A program made the translations under genes and the position numbers. 64,000 bases of DNA from Psammoneis japonica (Eukaryota), in the NCBI GenBank assembly GCA_008632985.1, contig QPGO01000015.1:373998-437997 (forward strand), read 5' to 3'. A model generated the notes under the pieces. It saw only the letters and a list, made by a program, of their open reading frames with translations. It was not told the origin of the DNA and searched no databases. Positions within the stretch are counted from its first letter, which is position 1. Every line of letters begins with the position of its first letter. Positions 12,929 to 24,252 of the stretch are shown here, piece after piece.

Positions 12929-15350
12929 TCAATCAATAATTGTATCCAGCTCCTTCAAGCTCTTTCGCTTTAGAAGGTCAAGTCGTGGGTGCAGCTCTTG
13001 CGTTTTCGTTTGGTTTGACTTGCTCATCATCTTTTCCTGCTGCTTCTTCTGGGCTAGTCTGATCAATTCTTGTTGTAATTCATAGGAGTAACCGCCCGTC
13101 GAGTTGGATGAATACGACGCGTCGTCCGCATACTCGTGTTTCGGCGACCCGTTGGTTTTCGAGGTTTTTTCCTTCTTAATGTCATGGGACCCACGCTCGA
13201 TAGTGTCATCAGCTGGCACGTCCTCAAAAGGTTCTTCTTCGGGAATGCCGTGAGGCTTGTTCTTCAACCCTAGATTGGTTTCGCTCTTTCTCTTTTGCTT
13301 CGCTGATAAGGGATCGTTCCTCTTCATTAGTTCCACAATCTTTTTGTTCTTCAAGAGCGGCTTTCCTAGTATGGCAATATGACTCCCCGAGTATGTCTCT
13401 GGAATAGCCAAAAGGATCTCTCCCTTGGTGATGCGGGCGCAGCCCTCACCACCGTCGGAACTCGCCATGAGCTCCGTGTCGGTGATTTCTTGCCATCCTT
13501 GGGTCGGCAGAGGCCGTAGTAGTCTTGATTGCCCAGCGCCGGCTCGGTTGCGTTGGATTTGAATGAGCTCAAAGATCTTGGCTTTGGGTTGTCGCAGGAG
13601 AACAAATATTTTAAACGGATTGGAACATCCCACGACGGACCCAGCGCTCGACTGACTAAACTGACTCATCGAGTCATTAAGATTTTGACTCGATCTCCTA
13701 CTGAACGAACGGAAGGAGGACTCGCTCATGGCGGAGTCTTTTCGAAAGAGCATTCTCTCGCTTGAATCACGTTTCACCTTTGTCTTCTTTCCGTTGGCCA
13801 GACTGTACCTGATCTGTCTTCCTTCAGTAGTCGAGGGCGACGGAGTCAAGGGAGCAGAGTTGAGGAGAAAGTGACCGCTAGCTGTCTGCGGATGAACCAT
13901 TCGTCTGACGCCATCATAAGGAACGATTTCACCACTTTTCATGATCGGAGAGTGCGGCACGGGCGGTGATCCTTCAGAATGAGAATGAGGCCACCACGAG
14001 TCTGCAGAGGATCTGTATTCATCATTATCATACTCCTGAACAGAGGTAGGCGAGATATTCCATCGATCGATTCGTTTCAAGAGCGAAAGTGGGGACAGAG
14101 GAATATCTCCCTTGGGCTTTTCGTAAGACGCAGGAGAAATCCCAATTCTGTCTCCGTCGTGTGTTCTGGGCACAATTGCTCGTTCTTCTTCGTTCGCGTA
14201 GTATGAAGGTTGAGTGATACCGATTCGCTCAATATCATACTCATCATGTTGCTCATCTTCATCATCGTCTGAGAAGGATGTAGAGTCATTCTGAGAATCA
14301 CCTGCCGTTGGGGACTGATGAAAGAAAGCAAAGGGGGTCACAATCTTGGAGGTTGTTGCCATTTTGCCGGCAGATGGCGATCCATAAGTGAGACTGGTAG
14401 GAGCATGGTCTGACTGATCCATCTCCAGAGCCATCTTGATGTCCACTAGCAACGGAGGGGGTGTTTCCGTGCTCATTTTTACGACAATGGTAGTGGGAAA
14501 AGAGACAAGACTCGAGTGGATAGGGCCCAAAGAGAAACCGACTTGGGTTGAAGCTTCACGTTTTTGAAAGGAGGTATCCATGCGTGCATTTGACTCCAGC
14601 GGGGCGCCCACGTAGCCGACGACAACGTCTGCTAACTTGGTAATGTACTTCTCGTCTGTTTTGACGTGGACTCGGAAATCCTGCATCGGATGCAGACGTG
14701 AACAGTGAGTTACAATGCAGAAGAATGCGCTGCGTCGTCACAACATGAGTGCTTACCTGCATGAAATCATATCCTCTGATGTTCGCGCCGTCTACTTCGA
14801 CTCCGTTCTTGATATACACGGGCTCTTATAAAACGCTAAATCCACCTTCCTCCACGATGCTTGTTGGTGAGTTGCTATGGTCAGTCCACACCACTTCCTA
14901 CACACGCGCGGTTTGTTCCGCAGTAGTATCCGGCATGGGTGAAACTGCTCGCGGTAACGCCGTAGCTCTATTGTCAACTGGAGCAAGCTTGATTTCAATT
15001 GCAGCCTTTTGATCCATCAAAATACGAAGTCGTTGCTCATATATGTTTTTCTCCCATCGCGGCATCTTACTCCAGCGTTTTTTCTCCAGCTTCTGCTCGG
15101 CGGCATCCATCTCAACAAAACTTTGAACCTTCTTGAAAACGGTGCGCCAACTCGTGTCATAACCAGCTATATGGCGTGGTATTGCGCCTCCATCATATTC
15201 CAACTTGAGTACAGTAAAGATTGACAAGCTATCTGTAGCATCAATCAGCATTATTTGCCTCTCTTCGGTCCGATTGTACGATGGAACAGCATTTGGTGCG
15301 TCGCATCGGGTGACCCCATTCAACTGCGTATCATTGGATGACGGTGCCAT
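12929..15350 (-). pseudogene. Large hypothetical protein gene, probably damaged (intron ~14682-14757)
   Basis: 585-aa ORF. The upstream ORFs 15350-14898 and 14819- are in the same frame but separated by TAG and TAA, and a GTAAG donor joins YDFMQ|DFRV. The segment NATEPALGNQDYYGLCRPKDG is in a shifted frame. Confidence 0.5.
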
Positions 15351-15786
15351 CTCTCAACAATCTTGGAAGTTCAATAGTCACTTGAACACTCTTAGATTAT
15401 GTGTATCGTGTGTGAGAGCCGTAAGCGTTATTTTAGTGGAGCTACAAGACGACGCGTCGACGGCGCTCGTCATGGTGTGCGTTTTTTTTGATGTTTTCCA
15501 AAAAGTGTTTTTTGCAGTACCCCGACGAAGTCCAGACGGAACCGCTGCGCGCGGCGCGGCGCTAGTTTCCAGATGAAATTTCACATGATCCTCTCAAAAT
15601 CGTCTCCACGTGGAGATCACAGAAGCGGGTGCATTCGCACGCCTCACGCACGCCAAGCTGGAAGCAAGCGAGAAAAGATCTTCAGCCGTTCACGCAATGC
15701 TTGCCCTCACATTTCACATTCATCGGATTGATTGAACGTCGCCGTTCCTTCCAATTGCCATACCTTACACCGCTCGGCGATTAGAA

Positions 15787-16930
15787 ATGCGTCTCGTTAA
15801 TATGTCTACTCTTTGCGCCCTTTTCGTTTCGGGTGCTTCGCGTTCTGTCTGTGCTTTCTCGTCTACCAGCGTTTCGAAGATTGGTGCTTTTGGTGTCCGT
15901 GTAAGTGCTCCGTGCTCCGTACTCGGCCAAAGTGCACAGACCGGCTGTCACCAGTGCTGACAACTGTATCCGTCGTCACAGACCTAATAGTTCGTTCAGA
16001 GCGAGCGCAATCTCTTTGCTTGGTGTCTCTGCTCTACTCTGATTTCGCCCATGTACTCTCTGTGACGGGCGCTTTCTCGTTTTACCGCCATGCTCCTTTG
16101 CTTCGGTCGCCATGCCTCTTACCCATGACTCTTTGTTGCTTTGCGCTTCATCCACATCCTTTTATAGGCTGCGTCGGCACGCCACATGTCCAGCGTTCCC
16201 ATGCCGTATGACGACGAGAAAAATGCCATTTTACGCGTTGGGCACGAATCTTGCGAGGCAAGTCGGCGGGCAGGGAAACTTGAAGACTTTACTAGATGAC
16301 GATGAGTTGGAGATTGTATTGGCGGGATTTTGTGAGACCCTCAAAGGAACTGCCACTACTGATGCCAACACTGTCTTGGGCACCTATGGACCGCAGCTGA
16401 ACAAGTTGCTTCAGGAGAGAACAGAAAAGATTGTTGACCGCGTCAAGAAAGATGGAGAGGACTTCATCGCAAACTTCCTCGACTGCAACGAGGAAGCTAC
16501 CAAAACCGATTCTGGTCTCGTCTACTGCCCCATGAAGGAGGGTGACGGCAAGCAAGCCACACTTTCCAACACTGTGGAGGTGCACTACCATGGAACACTC
16601 ACCGACGGTACCGTCTTTGACTCGTCCGTAGATCGGGGGCAGACCATCTCCTTCCCTCTCAGCGGCGTTATTAAGGGGTGGCAAGAAGGACTGGCAATGA
16701 TGAAGGAGGGTGGAAAGGCTACTCTTGTCATTCCATCTGACCTTGCATACGGAGATGCTGGTAGCGGAGAAGTAAGTTCATGACACGACGTTCTGCTCGT
16801 TTTGCAATGGAGTTAGCATGCTTCAACATCACATTGTTTCTCACTATCTTCCTCTTTTTCCAATGCTTTGTAGACTATCCCCCCTGGCGCTACTCTCAAG
16901 TTTGAAGTTGAGCTTTTCAAGGTTTCGTAA
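15787..16930 (+). CDS. Plastid-targeted FKBP-type peptidyl-prolyl isomerase (FkpA-like); exons 15787-15900, 16168-16771, 16874-16930; one extra A at ~16219-16223
   Basis: Signal peptide ending CAF. Motifs VHYHGTLTDGTVFDSS, VIKGWQEGL, LAYGDAG, IPPGATLKFEVELF. GT-AG introns. Confidence 0.9.
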
Positions 16931-17198
16931 GCACCGTTTACTTGGTACCAATACTCGTTTTCGATATTGCTAGCTAAGAGGGGGTTTACCGTGTGCTTTG
17001 TGGAGTTGGGCGACATCAGGGGTGACTTGAGACGCAACTACTAGGCTAAGAAGAAGTGAATTAAACTTTTTACCGATGCTATACGAACCCCTTTGTGCCT
17101 CAAAGAGAAGTCTCGTGTTCGGTGCAGCTATCATATCTGCTTGCTTCTCTAGAGAATGTTTTCATATTACAAGACGGAGTAAAGACCCCCCTCGACTA

Positions 17199-17747
17199 CT
17201 ATTCAGCATTTTCACCACTCCCGTCATCTATGAGACCAAGGTAGTTATCCTTTATAGTGCCAATTGCGGTGATGTTCCCTTGCTCAACTGTCCTTCCCTT
17301 GATTTTGAGTCGAACACCACATCCAGACGATATCACAACTTCCTTGTCATCACTCACCCACGCATCCTTGTCCCCATTAAAGCCGTTGAACATATCTTCA
17401 GGCATGGAGTGCTTAGAGATAAAAATTCGAAGCGGTCCGACATAGGCAAAGAATCCAAGCTGATTGCACTGTGACACGGTTGCATCAAGTACCTCGTTGA
17501 TGAATGGTCTTAGCAGCAACGCTGTGTACTTGACAGAAAAGACAACATTTCCCGAGTCGTATTCAATGATTCCTGATTTGATTTCGTCCTCTGGAACCTC
17601 AATTACATTGACGACGTAACCATATGTTGCTAAAGCCAGACCCTCCACCTCTTCTTTGAGGAGTCTCACAATTGTACCCTTGAGTTCCTTTCCGAAATGC
17701 AGGGGCTCCAGCACAATCTCGTGCTCAAGCGTCTTCACGTAAAACAT
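17199..17747 (-). CDS. RPB7: RNA polymerase II subunit RPB7
   Basis: MFYVKTLEHEIVLEPLHFG...GFFAYVGPLRIFISKHSMP...AIGTIKDNYLG. Intronless, 182 aa. Confidence 0.95.
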   Translation of the reverse strand: MFYVKTLEHEIVLEPLHFGKELKGTIVRLLKEEVEGLALATYGYVVNVIEVPEDEIKSGIIEYDSGNVVFSVKYTALLLRPFINEVLDATVSQCNQLGFFAYVGPLRIFISKHSMPEDMFNGFNGDKDAWVSDDKEVVISSGCGVRLKIKGRTVEQGNITAIGTIKDNYLGLIDDGSGENAE

Positions 17748-18341
17748 GATGAATAGTAAATCCCTTGATTCTTTAGATGGCTAGAAAAGTATCCCCAAAA
17801 CAAGTTCTGTTATATCATTCCCCACAAAACAGTAACAACAGTCGCTGTGTGCTGTGTGCGTGCGTGCTGTGTCGTTTCGAGGTTGCTTGGCATTTGTTGA
17901 ATCTTGAATGTTGAATGTGTCGTCGGTCGCGCGTCGCGCGTCGGAGTGAAGCTTGCTTGTGCGCGTTTCCGTGCACGAAATCTTTCGAGAAAGCTGTCGC
18001 TGCGCAGTGGGCAAGGATGACACATCAGTGAACATCATCAGGCCCTCCAATGCACAGGTTGGGCCCTACTCTAGCGTTAGACAACAGCTCGCTTTTTGCT
18101 GCCATAAATGATTTTTAACCATGAAGCCAGATCAATGTTTTTTCTGCTTGTGGCCTGTGCTGTGCTTGGCCGCCATCCCGATTCCCAGTGGCATCACGCG
18201 GTTTTCAGCTTGCTCGATTGTTGAGAAGCAGCACTGACGAAAATCCTTGCCAGACCAACAATTGCAGAGCTTCTTCCTCCAAGCAACTTCCTCCAAGCAA
18301 GGTCCTCATTTCTCCATCACCGCACCACCAAAACTGCAGAG

Positions 18342-19300
18342 TCAAGATCGCCTTCTTCCCCGTCCAGTGTCGCGACACTTCCAGCGAAGTCGGGTCACAT
18401 TCTCCGCATGGTCACGCAAGCCAAACCTCAAATTCAATGACTCGTGGTTTCCTGAGTCCTTGTCTGCTGTGACGCCATGCTGACAAGCATTCCTTGTTTG
18501 ACCTGACAGCATGCAGACATCCTGCTGTTCAAGCGACAAACATGCTTGCCTGCCCTGCTCCCCTTGTCTGACAGCTTCTGGCACTGTGCTTGCAGATCCA
18601 CAAATTGAAATTGTGACAATGACAATGCCAAACCCATCCTTTGTCGGATGATCAACATGAAGGGGCAAAAGATGATGCCCATTGTGCAGGCTGGGTTGCA
18701 CCGCGACGAGTTGTGGAAAACGCAGATGCTTCGCTTGTTCTGCTGGTGCCGCCGACGCCCTCAGTGTGCTGCAAAGCTGTTCAATTGCTCTCTGAGCATC
18801 TTGAAGGAGCAGATCATTTTCCTTGCATGGATGCAGAGCCACCATTGCTTTCTCATTTCTGGGCCGTTCAGCGGCTGCCATTGCCAAAGAAGCGCTGGGG
18901 GTTGTGAGACATCTGGGGAGACGATTGCACTTTTTCATCATGGCCCAGAGCACCTGGCAGAAATCCAAAGGCTTGCTCTCTTGGATCAAAGATGGACCAC
19001 TCCATGACACCATTGCATCTGAGGCTTCTTGTTGAATGGTGTCGTAAAGGTGCCGGAGCATCTGAAAATTGGAGCAACCAAGCATGGTGCGACCCAAGCC
19101 AGCAAAACAAGAATCCAGGTTTTCATTGAAATTCTCGATTCCATCCCACGTCTTGACATTAGCCCAGAGTGCATTTTTTGCAGCAGCCGCCTCAACAGTG
19201 TCTGAAGGCAGACTCCGCAGGTGTCATCCCCATGACTGCCATTGCAACTGACACTTTCACCAACGAAACACTCACTGCTGCTCTGCCATTTCCAAACAAA
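18342..19300 (-). pseudogene. Hypermutated 2OG-Fe(II) dioxygenase (AlkB-fold-like) pseudogene inside a TpA-depleted block (~18000-19850)
   Basis: LPLHVDHP (HxD), DGFGIVIVTI, LSGQTRNACQHGV (distal H), ESLNLRFG. Almost no TA or Tyr codons. Confidence 0.65.
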
Positions 19301-20056
19301 TGGAGCGTCAGCACCAAGAAATCGAGTGCCTGGGTCAAAAAGAAGTTTCAGCGCTTCATTGTGTTCATGTCACGCACAATTCAGAGCAGGCAACCATGCT
19401 TCTCGGGCAGTGCCACGAAGTCAGTTAGCTGCTAGACTGGCCAGTTAGCCAGCTCTCTCTCTCTCTAGAGCAGAGGGCCCTGCCGGCACTCTAGAGTGGA
19501 GAGCATTTAGCACAACAAGTTAGGGGAGCAGGACCCTGCTTCTGCTCCAGTTAGAAGCAGTTAGTTAGAGTAGAAGCAGCAGCCCTGGAGTCAGCATCCG
19601 CGTTGGAGTAGAAAATTTTATCGGTTTTGACAGTTTGAGTTGGTCCTCGATGGAGAGTCCTTCCAAGAACTGCACGCACCAGATTGTTCAGTCAATGCTT
19701 GGATGCCCATCATCTGTGGGTGGGAATCGTCTGGTGGAAGGATCCGCCCGCTTCTTGGGATTTGGGAAGTTGGTGTGGAGCGGCAGCAGCACAAGAGTCA
19801 AAGAGAATTAACCATTGCTGTGGTGGCATCCTTAAACTAACGAACTGGGACAAACTGGCGCCAGACAGGTAATACCCAGACACAGTAATTGTTGTTTACC
19901 AGGTTGACATCATTATTCTTGAAGGTGGCAAAGGAACTGTGATCTTGCGACTTTTGATAATTGAATCGTAGTCTACTTGAAAGAAACACAGTCCTTCTAC
20001 TTTTCATGTTTAACAAATATAATATTTCGAAGAGGCGATTCTGCATTTGTTCCTTC

Positions 20057-21515
20057 CTACTCCTGCTCAGTCCCCGACTCCTTAACCATGCCATGATCAT
20101 CGTCTGTGGTCGCTTGGTCACCCGTGACCCCAGCTGCGTCTTTCTCTGTCAGTTCTTCTCCTTCCTTGACACTCTCTTCCATGGCGTCGGCTTCTACCAC
20201 TGCATCCCCCTTCTTGCGCTTTCGCCACCTCCACGGATGAATCCACCGCCATTTTTCTCGGCCTGTCATTTCATCATTAGCATCTGGATCGTATCCTTCG
20301 ACCAACATGAGTTCATCGACCATTTCCACGTCTCGCACCTCCACCGGAGTCGAGGCGATGTCTAACTCAAGCCTAAACCGCTCCAAGTCCTCTTTGGCAC
20401 GCATGCACTGTACCAGTTGGGCTTCCAAGATGACAACTAGACGAGAAAGCGTTTGATCCTCAATATCCTCTGGTTTAGTCTTCATCACCTCTCGCCAAGA
20501 CATTTCAGCCTCGGCACATTCATTCTTGAATCGGTCGAGCGTTCGGTCATACCCCTCTTCGCAGGCCATCCAATGGGTGTATGCCGCCTTTTGCTGATCC
20601 TGCAAAGTAACACCAGCTTTGCTATCATAGTACTGCTTATATTCATACCCTTGTACACCCTCGACAACCTCGGAAGGCAAGCATTCTTCAACCATGAGGG
20701 AATCGTGTTCATCCAGTATATCTTGGCGGCTGCGGCCCGCCCAACAACAGCACGGATCAATAATACTGTGCTGTTCCATATCTCTCATCATACGAATGAG
20801 TGGAACTGCCTTGGGGGTGACGCAGGTGAGAAAGGAAGAAGCGAGAAACAGACAGGATGCAATGATGGCGTAAACACCTCCTTCGTCCAGCGAACATACG
20901 TAAACCAGGCCTTTGGGAAAGCATCCTGCACAACAAACCACAGCATGCACACACAACATGACTTGAGTATTTCGAATGTGTTAAGCAATTCACTGCACGT
21001 TCATAAACCATTCGCTTACTGTCAATGGCAAACACAGAAAATGTGCCCGCTTGGAGAAACGCTGCGAGAATCATCGAAAAGACAATAATGACGCGGCTGC
21101 ACCAAAAGCGGCAGCACAAAAACTCTGTCAGTAGCAACAAAAGGGCAGCTGCCCCAATAATCAAGGCGAGAACACCACAAGCCCGTGCCGCTCGAATGCC
21201 GGTTTGCAAGTCTTGCTTGTCGACAGCGTAGTCGGTGCATCCTAGTCCTGTAGGATTGGCGCGATACAAGCCAAGTGTAGAGAACACTTCTGTCTCGTCG
21301 TCGAGCAATTCAACTTCTTCGGGTGCTGTGGTATTCAGATCTAGATCACCCTTGACCTTTGCAAAAGCACACGACCGCAACACGAGAACAGAGAAGACGA
21401 CACCAACCAGGGCGACAGACAGAAGGATCATACGGAGAAGACGTGCCACCCAGTCGGAGCCATGATACCAAGCCTTCTTTAGGACCGCTTCTCCAGGGTC
21501 ATCGTCATACATCAT
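20057..21515 (-). CDS. Multi-pass membrane protein (claudin-like N-terminus, acidic C-tail); exons 21515-21020, 20925-20057
   Basis: About four hydrophobic helices, a GLYR motif, and a GT..CAG intron that keeps the frame (ID|RCFPKG). Confidence 0.75.
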
Positions 21516-22077
21516 GGTGGATATAACTGCAATAAAGAAAGGCAGATGATTCACCGCAAGTCAAAAGCAGTGGCCCTATGTAGTTCTCGTTCTTATCGTT
21601 TTTGTTCTTCACAAATCATCACCCTGCCCACACGCAACACCCATCCAACAACCAACAAGCTTCAAAAATCTGGATAAGCCAAATCGCGCGGGCGACATCT
21701 ATCCGTTCAGATAACGGCCGTTTGCTTGTCCTTGAGTGAGTGCGGTGCGCAAGTGCTTTGAGCTCCGACCCTGCTGGCCTCTTCTGCAGATTGACTCCGC
21801 TCTCTACGTGTCGATCGTATCGCAGGTTCCCTCTCTCTCTAGAGAGTAGCTAGCAGAGAGTAGAGCAGCTAGAGAGCTGCTCTAGAGAGAGCGAGAGCAG
21901 CTCTCTGCAGCAGCTGCGACTGTGGAGTGAGGGTGACCTCAGGAGCAGAAAGCTGAAAAACGACACTTTCTGCTCCACAAAACGGCTCCTCAACTCATGC
22001 ACTGAATTGCTCGCGTTCCCAATCAACACCACAGGCAAACTTTGCAACAGCTCTGAACAGGCAGGTGGTGCAAGAAC

Positions 22078-23367
22078 TCACACAAGAGCACAAGATGCGC
22101 GCGCACAGCCATCCCCTTGTGCTTCTTCCTCGGCAGAGGGCTCCATCACATCTGACCCGCGCTGGGCATCAGCTCCCACAGCAACAGCTCTCTCTGCAAT
22201 GTCAACACCTGGGGGGTTGCAGCCACCTTCAACAGCACCATCCTTTTTGAAGACAACAGTCTTCGTCTCAACCTTTTCTGGTCGACAGCCTCTCACAGCG
22301 ACCGCCTCATTGCTGCTTGATTCGTCAGCAGCTCGGCGCCATCCAGAGTTCTTCATGACCCAACCCTTGGTCAATCCAGCAGCTCCATCTTCGCCTTTGA
22401 TCACCAGCGTGCCACCCAGATCAAGGCTCTCGACTGTGACCCCTGACCCCTGTGCAACCAGGCTTGAACGAGCTGACACTTTGACGGCAGATGGGTTTGT
22501 GAGCTTCTTCTTGTGCTCTGTGGGAAAGGCGGAGAAGCCCGTGCTCAACACCACAGTGGCAGGACTGAGCACCGCCGTGGCACCGCTGTGTGCTTCTTCT
22601 TTGGCATCTTCAATTTTGCACCCGATGGAGCGCACAATGTTTCAAGCAGAGCAACGTTGATCGGCTTCTCTGCTCACTGCTGTGCCCGGGGCTGTCCCTT
22701 TCTCCTGGAGAGCTGCGCCGTTGGAGGCGGCATTCTTCAACGGAGAAAAGCAAAGATTTGTGGGGATGCTGGCAAAGCCCACTTTTTTAGACATCTCTCC
22801 TGTGAGAGCCATCGGGAAGCCCTGCGATCACAAAGCGACGGCAAGTCAATCAAACACAGTCAACCACTGCAGACGCGTTCCAGGTCCAGGTGGGACCTCG
22901 CACTGCTGAGCTGTGACATCGACAGTTTTTTGAATCACGTCGCATGTCGCGCGCGCACATTTCTGCGTAATTTTGGCAAAAATTTGCATCATTTTACAGT
23001 GCAATCATCGGGCGATCCATTCAACAACTTTTGATGTTTTTTCTTCTGCGCCATTCTCGAGCGTCTTAAGAATGGCGCAGGGCAGGCGCATTGTCCAAAA
23101 CTTTGAGTGCGAACAGAGACATGTGCACTGCAAACTTGGCCATTTGTTTCATGTTGAAGACAAATGTGCCCATCAGCCAGAGTGCGAACTGCAGAGCTCG
23201 CACGCAGAATTCTGTGGGGCAAATGTCACAAAAAGTCCCACCCAGGACTGGAGCCCATCTGCAGCCTCAGACATTCTGCGCAAGACCTGCCTGCATCATG
23301 CACGCCAGATGCGCCGGCTTCTCAAAGACAGTCTTCACCACATCCTCACATCTCGGGTTGACAAATT
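22078..23367 (-). pseudogene. Hypermutated duplicate of the 3' part of UDP-sugar pyrophosphorylase
   Basis: Collinear with 24253-25147. Tyr->His/Cys changes (ETYSG->EAHSG, EYKK->EHKK, GYR->GCR, GYN->GCN). Confidence 0.93.
22873..23258. mobile_element. 386-bp MITE-like insertion in the intron of the duplicated USP copy
   Basis: Absent from the intact copy, which has a single ctgcag at ~25039. Here ctgcag flanks both sides. Imperfect TIRs cagacgcgttccaggtccaggtgggac / gtcccacccaggactggagcccatctg. Confidence 0.8.
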
Positions 23368-23700
23368 TGCCACTCAAGCGCCGGTTTGCAAGTCTTGCTT
23401 GTCGACAGTGCAGTCAGTGCACCCTGGTCCTCGGGGTTGGTGCGACACCAAGCCAAGTGCAGAGAACACTTCTGTCTCGTCGTTGAGCAACTCAACTTCT
23501 TCGGGTGCTGTGGCGCTCAGATCTAGATCGCCCTTGACCTTTGCAAAAGCACACGACCGCAACACGAGAACAGAGAAGACCACACCAACCAGGGCAACAG
23601 ACAGAAGGATCACACGGAGAAGACGCGACACCCAGTCGGAGCCATGACGCCAAGCCTTCTTTGGGGCCGCTTCTCCAGGGTCATCACCGCACATCATGGT
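23368..23700 (-). pseudogene. Hypermutated duplicate of the 5' part of the membrane-protein gene
   Basis: MMCGDDPGEAAPKKAWRHG versus MMYDDDPGEAVLKKAWYHG. Truncated at the duplication junction. Confidence 0.92.
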
Positions 23701-24009
23701 GGACGCAACTGCAACAAAGAAGGGCAGATGATTCACCGCAAGTCAAAAGCAGTGGCCCCAGTTCTCGTTCTTGTTGTTTTTGTTCTTCACAAATCATCAC
23801 CCTGCCCACACACAACACCCATCCAACAACCAACAAGCTTCAAAAATCTGGACAAGCCAAATCGCGCGGGCGACATCTATCCGTTCAGATAACGGCCGTT
23901 TGCTTGTCCTTGAGTGAGTACGGTACGTAAGTGCTTTGAGCTCCGACCCTGCTGGCCTCTTCTGCAGATTGATTCCGCTCTCTGCGTATCGATCGTATCG
24001 TAGGTTCCC

Positions 24010-24125
24010 TCTCTCTCTAGAGAGTAGCTAGTAGAGAGTAGAGTAGCTAGAGAGCTACTCTAGAGAGAGCGAGAGTAGCTCTCTACAGTAGCTACGACTG
24101 TAGAGGGTAACCTTAGGAGTAGAGA
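24010..24125. repeat. CTAG/AGAG-rich low-complexity patch (mutated twin at ~21830-21925)
   Basis: ctctagagagtagctagtagagagtagagtagctagagagctactctag. Confidence 0.75.
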
Positions 24126-24252
24126 AGCTGAAAAACGACACTTTCTACTTCACAAAACGGTTCCTTAACTCATACACCGAATTACTCACGTTCCCAATCA
24201 ACACTACAGGTAAACTTTACAACGGCTCCGAACAGGCAGGTGATGTAAGAAC

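Noticed and set aside
18342..19097. The dioxygenase as the enzyme responsible for the mutation signature
   Set aside because: It is itself a mutated pseudogene, and nothing in the sequence links it to the process.
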